A DNA stretch of 64,000 bases from a virus. Both the position numbers and the translations under genes were made by a program. Under the pieces are notes generated by a model. It was not told the DNA's origin. It saw only the letters and a program-made list of their open reading frames with translations, and did not search any database. The stretch spans positions 1-64,000 of IMG/VR virus record IMGVR_UViG_3300018469_000001, one strand, 5' to 3'. Shown here piece after piece: positions 55,089-62,887 of this stretch (its first letter is position 1; each line of letters starts with the position of its first letter).

Positions 55089-55241
55089 GTGAAACGACCC
55101 ATCCTCGCGCAGCTGCTCGCCGCCGTCGCCGCTGTGGTGTCGCTGTGGCGGCAGCCCGGCCGGCACGCCGAACCCGACCAGTCGGCCGCCGGCCGGCACC
55201 GCCGCGGCCGGACACCCGACAGGCAGCCCACCGATGTTTGA
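55089..55241 (+). CDS. very small membrane protein (50 aa)
   Basis: GTG 55089. ILAQLLAAVAAVVSLW. Overlaps the next start. Confidence 0.3.
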   Translation: MKRPILAQLLAAVAAVVSLWRQPGRHAEPDQSAAGRHRRGRTPDRQPTDV

Positions 55242-56691
55242 CCGCGACCGCCAGGACGACGCAGGGTTGTGCCGGGTCGGCGGGCACCGCCACGAGGGCG
55301 CCGCCGCCATCTGCGCCTACCACCTTGAGGCCGGCCGCGCCCAGCTCGCCGCCCTGCCCCGTCTCGTGCGCGACCTCACCCAACATCTGGTGCCCGGCCC
55401 GTCCCTGCCGTCGGAGAAGGTCACCTCCAAGAAGGTGGGCTCGCCCACCCCGGGCCGGCTGGCCGTGCTCACCCTCGTCGGCCCCGGCAGCACCGAAATC
55501 AGCCGCGACAGCCGATCCCTGACACCGCAGGTACGCCGCTGGTCCACCCTGGAAACCCGCACCGTCGCCGTGCCGCGGGGGCAAGGCGCCGCGCTGCGGT
55601 ACGAGCTGGTCCGCCGGCAGGTCCGGGTGTGGCACCGCGAGCTGGTCGTCGACCCGACCGACCCCGGCCGGACATGCCGGTGCGGCCAGCAGCATCCGGA
55701 AACCCCGCGCCGGCCGCTGCTGGTCGCCGACCATGACCAGGTCGGCGCCGCACCGCCGGCGGAGTGGGCCGACCTGTGGGTGCGCCGTTGGCGCCGCGAG
55801 CTGGGTCACCCGGTGCCGGCCCGCACCCGCACCCGCGGCTTCGCCCGGCTGATCGGCCGGGCCGCGCCGATCGTGCTGCCCGCCCGCCCAGCCGTGGCCA
55901 CGGTGGCCGAAGACCCGGTCGGCCGGCTCGCCGACGCAGCCGTGCGGGAGTCGCTGAGGATGGCGCACGGCCGGCCGCAGGTACTGCCTGGCGTGGCCGC
56001 CTACCTGGCCATCAAACGGGCGTACGCCGCGCAGGTGGCCGCCGCCCGCGGGCAGGTCGCCGCCACCCTGCTCGGCCTGGACACCGCCGGGTCGCCGGCC
56101 GACCGGCTGGCCGCCGAATGGGCGCTGCGCTACGGCGCAGCCACCACGGCCGCCATGGTGGAGGTCGACGCCGGCTACCTCCACCAGTGGCTGCCCGAGG
56201 CGGCCGAGCTCGACGCCGCCGCGGTCGGCGAGTTCCTGGTTGAGCTGCGGGCCATGGTCGCCGAGCTGGAGCACACGTTGGGGGAAACCCGCGACGACCA
56301 GTGGCTCGGCCGCTGCCCCGCCGAGCTGCGCGACGACCAGGGCGACACGACCGGCCGGATCTGCGGGTACGGGCTGTGGCAGGACCCGTACCGGTCCCGG
56401 GTCGAATGCCCCCGCTGTCACGCGGCCTGGCCCGAGGCCGACTGGCTGGCCCTGGCCAACCGGATCCGCGTCGTGTGGCCGGTCGACCGCCGCCGGCTCT
56501 ACACCTACGCCGACCGGGCGTACGCGGAGCGGCAGGTCGACCGGCTGCCCCGCTGCAAGGGCTGCGAGCTGACCATGGCCATCCAGTGGCGGGAGATGCG
56601 CGGCCGCGGCTACCAGGAGCGGATGTGGCGGCCGGCCGCCATGGTGTGCCCGGCCGGCTGTCTCGCCGGCGGGACAGCAGCCGCCGCATGA
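55234..56691 (+). CDS. hypothetical protein (485 aa) with Zn-ribbon-like Cys pairs
   Basis: CRCG.., RICGYG..ECPRCH, CKGCE. No family recognised. Confidence 0.6.
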   Translation: MFDRDRQDDAGLCRVGGHRHEGAAAICAYHLEAGRAQLAALPRLVRDLTQHLVPGPSLPSEKVTSKKVGSPTPGRLAVLTLVGPGSTEISRDSRSLTPQVRRWSTLETRTVAVPRGQGAALRYELVRRQVRVWHRELVVDPTDPGRTCRCGQQHPETPRRPLLVADHDQVGAAPPAEWADLWVRRWRRELGHPVPARTRTRGFARLIGRAAPIVLPARPAVATVAEDPVGRLADAAVRESLRMAHGRPQVLPGVAAYLAIKRAYAAQVAAARGQVAATLLGLDTAGSPADRLAAEWALRYGAATTAAMVEVDAGYLHQWLPEAAELDAAAVGEFLVELRAMVAELEHTLGETRDDQWLGRCPAELRDDQGDTTGRICGYGLWQDPYRSRVECPRCHAAWPEADWLALANRIRVVWPVDRRRLYTYADRAYAERQVDRLPRCKGCELTMAIQWREMRGRGYQERMWRPAAMVCPAGCLAGGTAAAA

Positions 56692-56960
56692 TCACCCCGG
56701 ATGATTTCGTTGTGGTCGCCGACCCGCCGCCGACCCCAGCTGCCAACGCGGCCCGCCCCGGCCTGCCCGAGGTGACCGTCGGCAGCACATGGGAAGGCGC
56801 CGACCAAGAAAGCTGGTGGCTGATCCTGTACCCGTCGCCGGACCGCACCCGGTGGCGGGCCCTGTGCCTGCGCGCACCCCGGCGGTATCCGTGGGTGGAG
56901 GCGGGCGAGGAATGGTGGCTGCCGGCGGAACGGTTCGGCGACGGCCTGGTGCCGCTGTGA
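56688..56960 (+). CDS. hypothetical protein
   Basis: ATGA overlap with the upstream stop. Confidence 0.5.
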   Translation: MITPDDFVVVADPPPTPAANAARPGLPEVTVGSTWEGADQESWWLILYPSPDRTRWRALCLRAPRRYPWVEAGEEWWLPAERFGDGLVPL

Positions 56961-57328
56961 CCTCGACAGGGTGGGATCCCGACCGGCCGCCGCCCGAAGT
57001 GGCCGCGGCGATGTGGCCGCTGCCCGTCGGCGGCGGCTGGGAAGGCGGCACCGTCGACAACGCCGGCCGCCGCTGGGTTCACCAGCCGTGGGACGGCTGG
57101 ACCCTGGCCGGCACCGGCCGCGTCTACACCGCAGCCGCCGTGCGGCGCCGACGACGACGCGAAAACGTGGTCCAGCTCGTCGTTCCGGCCGCCGGGCTGG
57201 GCTCGCTCGCCCTGATCTGCGCCGGGCTGCTGCAAGTCACCTTGTGGTGGGTGGTGGCCGGGCTGCTGCTGGCCGCCGCCACCGTCGCGCTGATCCGATG
57301 GGGGCTGTTCGATGGCCGCCCCTGGTGA
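56957..57328 (+). CDS. membrane protein
   Basis: GTGA overlap with the upstream stop. C-terminal double TM. Confidence 0.5.
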   Translation: MTSTGWDPDRPPPEVAAAMWPLPVGGGWEGGTVDNAGRRWVHQPWDGWTLAGTGRVYTAAAVRRRRRRENVVQLVVPAAGLGSLALICAGLLQVTLWWVVAGLLLAAATVALIRWGLFDGRPW

Positions 57329-57893
57329 CCTGTTCGCGCTGCTGCCCGACCCGACTGTGGCGGCCGGCCGGGTCCGCCGCCGGCGGATACGCTGCCGTAA
57401 CCCGCTGTGCCGCCGTTGGGTGTACGTCGACCGGGCGGTGTACGGCTACGGCGAAGACTGCGCTGAAACACGCGGCCTGGTCGTGCACCGGTGGAAACTG
57501 ACCGATCATGGGCAAGAAGGCCCCAACCTGTTCACCCACCCACAACCCTGGAGGTCCCCCGTGTCCGGTATTCGCCGCTTCACCGTCAGCCCTGACGGCG
57601 GATCTATCGCCGCCGAAGGTGTCCGGTTCTCCGACGGCACCGTCGTGGTCAAGCAGGCCGAGGTCGACAAGCCTGACATCTACAAGGCCGGCACCGTCGT
57701 GGCCGGGAAGGTCACCGACGGCGAAGTCCCCAACAAGCTGATCTCCAAGGACTACGGCGACCGGGAGATCACCCTCACCTGGCTGGACACCGCCCCGGCT
57801 GCCGGGAACGTGCCGGCGGCGATGCAACCCGCCGGGCTGCTCGCCGAGCAGGCCGACGCCGAGGCCGCAGCCGCCGAGGACGCCGACAAGTGA
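57312..57893 (+). CDS. hypothetical protein
   Basis: 193 aa. Contains CRNPLCRRW. Confidence 0.5.
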   Translation: MAAPGDLFALLPDPTVAAGRVRRRRIRCRNPLCRRWVYVDRAVYGYGEDCAETRGLVVHRWKLTDHGQEGPNLFTHPQPWRSPVSGIRRFTVSPDGGSIAAEGVRFSDGTVVVKQAEVDKPDIYKAGTVVAGKVTDGEVPNKLISKDYGDREITLTWLDTAPAAGNVPAAMQPAGLLAEQADAEAAAAEDADK

Positions 57894-58591
57894 CCGCCCC
57901 GGGTAGCGGCGACCCGGCACACCGGCGGGCGCACGAAACGTCCGCTGACCTGCCCGGCGGTGTCGCCGCACTACCGCCGCCGGGCATCCATTTCAGCGAC
58001 AACAGCGGCCGGCTGCTGCTGTCCCTGCGCATCGAGGGCGGCCGGGTGGTCGCCGACTACCGGCCCGAAGACCTCGACGCTGCCGCCCGGCTGCTGGTCG
58101 CCAACGTCGTCCGGATCCGGGTGTCCGCAGAACACGACCCCACCCCCGCCCGGTTCGACGGCGAACGGGCCGGCGACATCCACCGTCAGGTGCTCGCCGC
58201 GCTGGACCGGGTCGCCACGACCGCGGTCGACGCCGGCGGGCTCACCCCGGCCGGCCTGTGGCGCCCCGACGTGCTCGAGTCGGGTGTCGGGGTGTTCGAC
58301 GGCGAGGAACAGCTCGTGTTCGCCGACCAGGGCGACGCCGTCCAGGTCCAGCACGCGGCCACCTGGTGCCCGGCCCGGATGCTCACCCTGCTGACCGGCC
58401 GCCGCGCACACCTGGTAGCCCACGCCCCCGACGGCGGCGGCCGCTGTACGTCGTGCCTGTCCGTGCCCGGCTGGGCCGGCGCCCGCTACCAGTGGGCCCC
58501 GCCGTGGCCGTGCGAGCCGTACCGCTCCCACCTGGCCGGCCTGCCCGACCTACCGCAGGAGATCACCCATGCCGTCGACCACCATCCGTAA
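57890..58591 (+). CDS. hypothetical protein with C-x2-C..WPC motif (DUF6221-like, from memory)
   Basis: GTGA overlap with the upstream stop. RCTSC...PWPCEPYRSHLAGLPDLPQE. Confidence 0.5.
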   Translation: MTAPGSGDPAHRRAHETSADLPGGVAALPPPGIHFSDNSGRLLLSLRIEGGRVVADYRPEDLDAAARLLVANVVRIRVSAEHDPTPARFDGERAGDIHRQVLAALDRVATTAVDAGGLTPAGLWRPDVLESGVGVFDGEEQLVFADQGDAVQVQHAATWCPARMLTLLTGRRAHLVAHAPDGGGRCTSCLSVPGWAGARYQWAPPWPCEPYRSHLAGLPDLPQEITHAVDHHP

Positions 58592-58883
58592 CCGCCGCGC
58601 AGGCATGCAAGACCAGCCGCACCCGTCCCGCGTCCCGTACGCCGACGGGGGAACCGTGCCGTGGGGCACCCTGACCGACCGGCAACGCGACCAGGTACGG
58701 GCGTGGCTGCTAGAGCGCGGCGTCGATCCGGCCGATGTGCCGCCGGACGCGATATTCGAGTACGACCCGCCCGCCGGCGAGTGGCGCATCGAAGTCCAGG
58801 CACGCCGCGACGGGCTGCCGTACCTGCGGCCGGACGGCGAGATGGCCACCGTGATCCGCCGGGTGTGGGCGCGGACCCGGTGA
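58569..58883 (+). CDS. hypothetical protein
   Basis: ATG with RBS aggag. Overlaps the upstream gene by 23 nt. Confidence 0.45.
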   Translation: MPSTTIRNRRAGMQDQPHPSRVPYADGGTVPWGTLTDRQRDQVRAWLLERGVDPADVPPDAIFEYDPPAGEWRIEVQARRDGLPYLRPDGEMATVIRRVWARTR

Positions 58884-59353
58884 GCGCACCGCCTCGCCGG
58901 GTCAAGACGCTGACCGGGTTCGCCGCCGACGTGCTCGACGCCGCGGTGCTGGCTGCCCTGTGGGCGGCCGAGGCCGCCGAGGCCGCAGCCACCCCGGCGC
59001 CGTGGTTCGCCGCCGCCCAACGCGGCAAGATGCCGGTCGTCGGCGTGCCCGCCGGCGAAGACCAGCCCGCCCGGGCGCTGGCCGTGTTCGGGCACGCAGG
59101 CACCACAGCGCGGGCCGCCGACGCCCGGCTGGTCGCCGAGCTGCGCAACACCGCCCCCACCATGTACGCGTCCATCCGGGAGACCGTCGAACGGCACGGC
59201 CTACGCCCCGACGGAGCCTGGCCCGGCTGTCTGCACTGCGTCGACGGCCCCGCAGACGACCCGATCGACTTCCCCTGCGTCGACTACCGGGCGGCCGCCC
59301 GGATGATCCCCAACCTGCCCGAGGATGTCACCCATGCCCTTGCCCGCGACTAA
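58880..59353 (+). CDS. hypothetical protein with C-x2-C..FPC motif (paralog-like of 57890..58591)
   Basis: GTGA overlap with the upstream stop. GCLHCVDGPADDPIDFPCVDYRAAARMIPNLPED. Confidence 0.5.
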   Translation: MSAPPRRVKTLTGFAADVLDAAVLAALWAAEAAEAAATPAPWFAAAQRGKMPVVGVPAGEDQPARALAVFGHAGTTARAADARLVAELRNTAPTMYASIRETVERHGLRPDGAWPGCLHCVDGPADDPIDFPCVDYRAAARMIPNLPEDVTHALARD

Positions 59354-59972
59354 CCCCGCCGCCCCCCTGCGCGTCTGCCGTATCCGCGGCGGACAGACCG
59401 ACGCCCAGGTCGCCCTGATTGTTGAGTGGGCGCGCGCCAACAGGATCGACCCGGCCACGGTCGATAGCACCAACGGATTCGAGATCAACTACGGGGATGG
59501 GCTGATCTGGTGGCGCGACCACCAGACAGGCCGGCCGCAATCGTCCCGGCTGCTGATCGGCCCGTCCGCCGAGCTGCTCACCGCGGTCGGCCGGATCGAC
59601 CAGCCGGCGCCGGCCGCCCCGCCGGTACGTCGCCGCGGCGTCGTCCTGGTCGACGAGGACCAGCTCGGCCGGCTGCTGCGCCTACCCGACGACTGGCGGG
59701 TCCTCGCCTTCCAGCCCTACCCGATGCGGCTGGCGATCGGCCTGCTCGTCGAAGGCCCCGGCCTGCCCGAGTGCCACCCCGGCGCCGAGCCCCCGCTCGT
59801 GGACACCCCGGCACCCCCGGCCGAATCGGTCGGCTACGCGACCGCAGTCAACGCGATCGAGCGCTGCGCCCACGCCGGCCACGCCGACCCCACCGACGAG
59901 ACAGCCCGGGCGTGCCTGGCGTGCACCCGCGATGCGGTGGTCGCCCTGCTCACCGGCCGCCGCACCGGATAG
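59334..59972 (+). CDS. hypothetical protein
   Basis: ATG 59334 (alternative 59325) with gagg upstream. Confidence 0.5.
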   Translation: MPLPATNPAAPLRVCRIRGGQTDAQVALIVEWARANRIDPATVDSTNGFEINYGDGLIWWRDHQTGRPQSSRLLIGPSAELLTAVGRIDQPAPAAPPVRRRGVVLVDEDQLGRLLRLPDDWRVLAFQPYPMRLAIGLLVEGPGLPECHPGAEPPLVDTPAPPAESVGYATAVNAIERCAHAGHADPTDETARACLACTRDAVVALLTGRRTG

Positions 59973-59974
59973 GC

Positions 59975-60217
59975 ATGTCCACGGGGGGCGACCGGCCGGC
60001 GCTGGCCGGCATCGACGTCGCGGCGCTGCACATGGCCCGTACGTACGGGCCGGATACCAGCGACGCCACGGTGCGCCGGTGGCGCGGCCGGATCCGGGTG
60101 TGGGCCATCCGGTACGCCGGCGAGGTGGGCGACCACGGCAGGGAAGGCCGCCGCCGCGTGTACGACCTGGCCGAGCTGCAACAGGTGGCGACACGCGTCC
60201 TGTCGGCTGATCTTTGA
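59975..60217 (+). CDS. excisionase/MerR-like HTH protein
   Basis: ..DATVRRWRG...RRRVYDLAELQQV is typical of small HTH_17-type phage proteins. Confidence 0.5.
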   Translation: MSTGGDRPALAGIDVAALHMARTYGPDTSDATVRRWRGRIRVWAIRYAGEVGDHGREGRRRVYDLAELQQVATRVLSADL

Positions 60218-60392
60218 CGGTCCGAGGAAGGCGTGTAACACTTCCTGCGAGCAGGCGACGTGTGCCCGGCCCCACCTAGACGGGGGCCGGTCACGGGTCG
60301 CCTTTCGCTGTGCCCGTCCCCCTGCCTGCGCCCACATCCCCCGACCGTCCTGCCTGCCGCAGCGGCCGGCCCGGCGCGCGGGTCATGCACGC

Positions 60393-60429
60393 GGCGGCCG
60401 CCCAGCATCCGAGCTGCTGGGCGGCCGCC
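60393..60429. terminator. hairpin terminator (15-bp perfect stem)
   Basis: ggcggccgcccagca tccgagc tgctgggcggccgcc, inside the 400-bp non-coding gap between convergent genes. Confidence 0.6.
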
Positions 60430-60620
60430 GACGTGTCCAGGCTTGCACCCGTCATCTAGCGCTCCAGGATGCCCGCGGGGAGAGTCGGCGCACCAGGCCC
60501 CGTCCGCGCGGGGGCTGTGCCGCCATCGCCGCGGGTCACGCCGGTTGGAATCCGGCCGGGTGCCCGGCCGGGCAGTTGTCGGCCGCGGCCGGGTCGTCGA
60601 GCCGGAAGCAGGCGGTGCGG

Positions 60621-60941
60621 TCAGGCTTTGCGGACCAGGAAAGACGAGGTGGCGAAGCCGCTGGGCGTCAGGCGAAGCCAGTAGCGGCCGCCGGGGGTGA
60701 TCTCAGTGACTGTGGCCGGAAGTTCGGCGGGCGCGTCGTCAAGAGTCGCCAGGACCGCGTCGCCGACCTTGATCTGCGTGTTGTCGGGGGCGAGGTGGGC
60801 GTACCTGCCGGCCTCGGTGCGGTACCGGGCCGCGGTGTCCATCGCGGCTGTGTGGTGGCTGTCGGTGTCGGCGGCGCCCAGCATGAGGTACTCATCGACT
60901 CGTGTCTGGTAAAACGACGCTTCGTCGGTGGTGATGTTCAT
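60621..60941 (-). CDS. hypothetical protein (106 aa), leftward single-gene cassette
   Basis: ATG 60941 (MNITTDE) with RBS gagggagac. Headed by promoter copy D. Confidence 0.55.
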   Translation of the reverse strand: MNITTDEASFYQTRVDEYLMLGAADTDSHHTAAMDTAARYRTEAGRYAHLAPDNTQIKVGDAVLATLDDAPAELPATVTEITPGGRYWLRLTPSGFATSSFLVRKA

Positions 60942-60980
60942 GGTGGGTCTCCCTCGGTCCGCGCGCTGCCAACAACGCAC

Positions 60981-61009
60981 ACGTTACACGACCACCAATT
61001 AGACCGCAA
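60981..61009 (-). promoter_or_regulatory. conserved promoter-like motif, copy D (TTGCGG-N17-TAACGT)
   Basis: Minus strand reads TTGCGGtctaattggtggtcgtgTAACGT, about 40 nt upstream of ATG 60941. Confidence 0.55.
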
Positions 61010-61041
61010 CAGCGCGGGGTGTGATTCCGGGAGGGGTCATC

Positions 61042-61767
61042 GTGGCGGACACCGAACAGCGCGTTGACCAGGACCAACCCGCCGAACGCTGGACCGACTA
61101 CATGCGGCTACCCGACATCGCCGGCGCACCCCGCAACCCCAAGAGACACGCCGCCGCCGACATCAGCAACAGCATCCACCAGTTCGGCCTGGCCGAGCTC
61201 CCCACGCTGGACGAGCGGACCGGCCGGCTCGTCGCCGGCCATGGCCGCCTTGACCAGCTCACCGCGAAACGCTCCGCCGGCGACCCGCCGCCCCGCTACG
61301 TGCGCGTCGACGACGACGGCGAATGGCTCATCCCCGTCTCGCGTGGCTGGGAATCCGACACCGACGCGGCCGCCGCGGCATACCTCGTCGCCTCCAACCA
61401 CCTGACCACCAAGGGTGGCTGGGACCGCGACGACCTGGGCCCGATGCTGGCCGGCATCAACACCGTCGACCCGGCGCTGTTCCACGCGACCGGCTTCACC
61501 GACCTCGAGCTGGCCGCGCTACTCGACGCGCCGGACGGCGAGAACGACAACCCCGGAGGCGGAGGCGGGGGCGGCGCCGGGCAGGACACCAGCGTGCGGC
61601 CCGGCGACGTCTGGCACCTCGGCGCCCACCGGCTCACCATCGGCGACGACGACAACCTGTTCATCGTCACCCGGATCATCCGCACCTGGCAGGTCGAGAC
61701 CGGGGACTTCCCCGAGCGGGCACGCGGCGACGGGCCGCGTGAGCCAGTCGACTTCCACGACGTCTGA
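61042..61767 (+). CDS. ParB-like nuclease-domain protein with truncated methyltransferase N-terminus
   Basis: NPKRH and VAGHGR (ParB/Srx box). After a GGGGGGG linker comes PGDVWHLGAHRLTIGD, the usual entry into an SPPY methylase, but the ORF stops about 45 aa later. Confidence 0.65.
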   Translation: MADTEQRVDQDQPAERWTDYMRLPDIAGAPRNPKRHAAADISNSIHQFGLAELPTLDERTGRLVAGHGRLDQLTAKRSAGDPPPRYVRVDDDGEWLIPVSRGWESDTDAAAAAYLVASNHLTTKGGWDRDDLGPMLAGINTVDPALFHATGFTDLELAALLDAPDGENDNPGGGGGGGAGQDTSVRPGDVWHLGAHRLTIGDDDNLFIVTRIIRTWQVETGDFPERARGDGPREPVDFHDV

Positions 61768-61821
61768 GACGGCCGCGCCGCAGCCCGGCAATAGGGGTGA
61801 CGGGTAGGCGGTGCGCCACAC

Positions 61822-61862
61822 GGTGACGGCGCCGACCCTTGAGCAAGGCCGGCGCCGTCACC
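61822..61862. terminator. bidirectional hairpin terminator (16-bp stem, 1 mismatch)
   Basis: ggtgacggcgccgacc cttgagcaa ggccggcgccgtcacc, between convergent genes. Confidence 0.7.
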
Positions 61863-61873
61863 ACCCCACCGGG

Positions 61874-62272
61874 CTACCCGTCCGGCTGCTCGGACGCCAC
61901 CTGCTCGGCGATGTCCAGCAGCCACCAGATCGCCGTCGACACCGTCGGCGTGTACGTCACCACGCCCTGCGCATTGCGGAGCACCTCATACAGCCGGGCC
62001 ACCGCTTCCGCGTCGATGTCGACCATGACCAGCGGTCCCAGATTCGCCGCCTCATGTAGGGCCGGCTGCTGCGCCTTCACCCAGTGCTGTGCCGTGCCGT
62101 GCCGGGCGGCCACGTCCGCCGCCCACCCGATGATCTGCCCGTACGAGTCCAGCTCGCATGGCCGGCCCGCAGAGACGACCCGGTCGAGGAACGCCACCAT
62201 CGCCGTCGACAGCAGCTCCGGCCGGGTCTGCCCCACCCAGTCAGCCCGCGTCACCCGCTCACGCTCACCCAC
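61874..62272 (-). CDS. hypothetical protein, leftward single-gene cassette next to terminase
   Basis: GTG 62272 chosen downstream of promoter copy E (alternative 62254). No motif recognised. Confidence 0.5.
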   Translation of the reverse strand: MGERERVTRADWVGQTRPELLSTAMVAFLDRVVSAGRPCELDSYGQIIGWAADVAARHGTAQHWVKAQQPALHEAANLGPLVMVDIDAEAVARLYEVLRNAQGVVTYTPTVSTAIWWLLDIAEQVASEQPDG

Positions 62273-62334
62273 ACGGCCACACCCTTTCCCGGTCTCGGTA
62301 CGCGCGGGCTGTCCAATGCCGACGCGATCCCCCC

Positions 62335-62364
62335 AACGTACCCGCACCGCAAACAAGACCACAA
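62335..62364 (-). promoter_or_regulatory. conserved promoter-like motif, copy E (TTGTGG-N18-TACGTT)
   Basis: Minus strand reads TTGTGGtcttgtttgcggtgcgggTACGTT. Confidence 0.45.
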
Positions 62365-62440
62365 CGACAAGGGGCGGCCTAATCGCTGGACGTGTCGCGG
62401 CGTCTGCCTACCCAACCGCGAACCGTAAGGACGTGCGACC

Positions 62441-62887
62441 ATGCCCGCATCACGCGCTCAACGGGCCGCCACCGCCATCCGCCGTCAGAAGGCCATCGCC
62501 ATGCGACTCGGCGGCGCCGACTGGGACACCATCGCCGACCGCCTCAACTACGCGTCCAAGGGCGCCGCGTGCACCGACGTGACCCGCGCCATGGAAGCCG
62601 CCGCAGCCGACGCCCTACGCGACGCCGACGTGCTGCGCCACATCGAGCTGTCCCGCCTCGACCGGCTGCAGGTCGGCTTGTGGACCCGCGCCGCCGGCGG
62701 CGACATGGACGCCGTCGCCTCCGTGCTGGCCATCATCGACCGCCGGGTAAAGCTGCTCGGGCTCAACGCCCCGATCAAATTCGCGGGGGTGAGCCTCAGT
62801 GCCATCGAAGCCGAAATCGCCCAGCTCGAAGCGCAGGAAGCCGACGGCGGGCCGGGGACTGTCGCCCCTGGAACGGATCCGGCTTGA
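62441..62887 (+). CDS. terS: terminase small subunit
   Basis: N-terminal HTH-like AIAMRLGGADWDTIADRLNY, then an oligomerisation helix. Lies immediately upstream of and overlapping the large terminase. RBS aaggacg. Confidence 0.7.
   Translation: MPASRAQRAATAIRRQKAIAMRLGGADWDTIADRLNYASKGAACTDVTRAMEAAAADALRDADVLRHIELSRLDRLQVGLWTRAAGGDMDAVASVLAIIDRRVKLLGLNAPIKFAGVSLSAIEAEIAQLEAQEADGGPGTVAPGTDPA

Noticed and set aside
60217-60620. A cos/pac site in the 400-bp non-coding gap near the packaging genes.
   Set aside because: It is plausible by position, but I see only hairpins and no recognisable terminase-binding repeats. It cannot be supported without terminus data.
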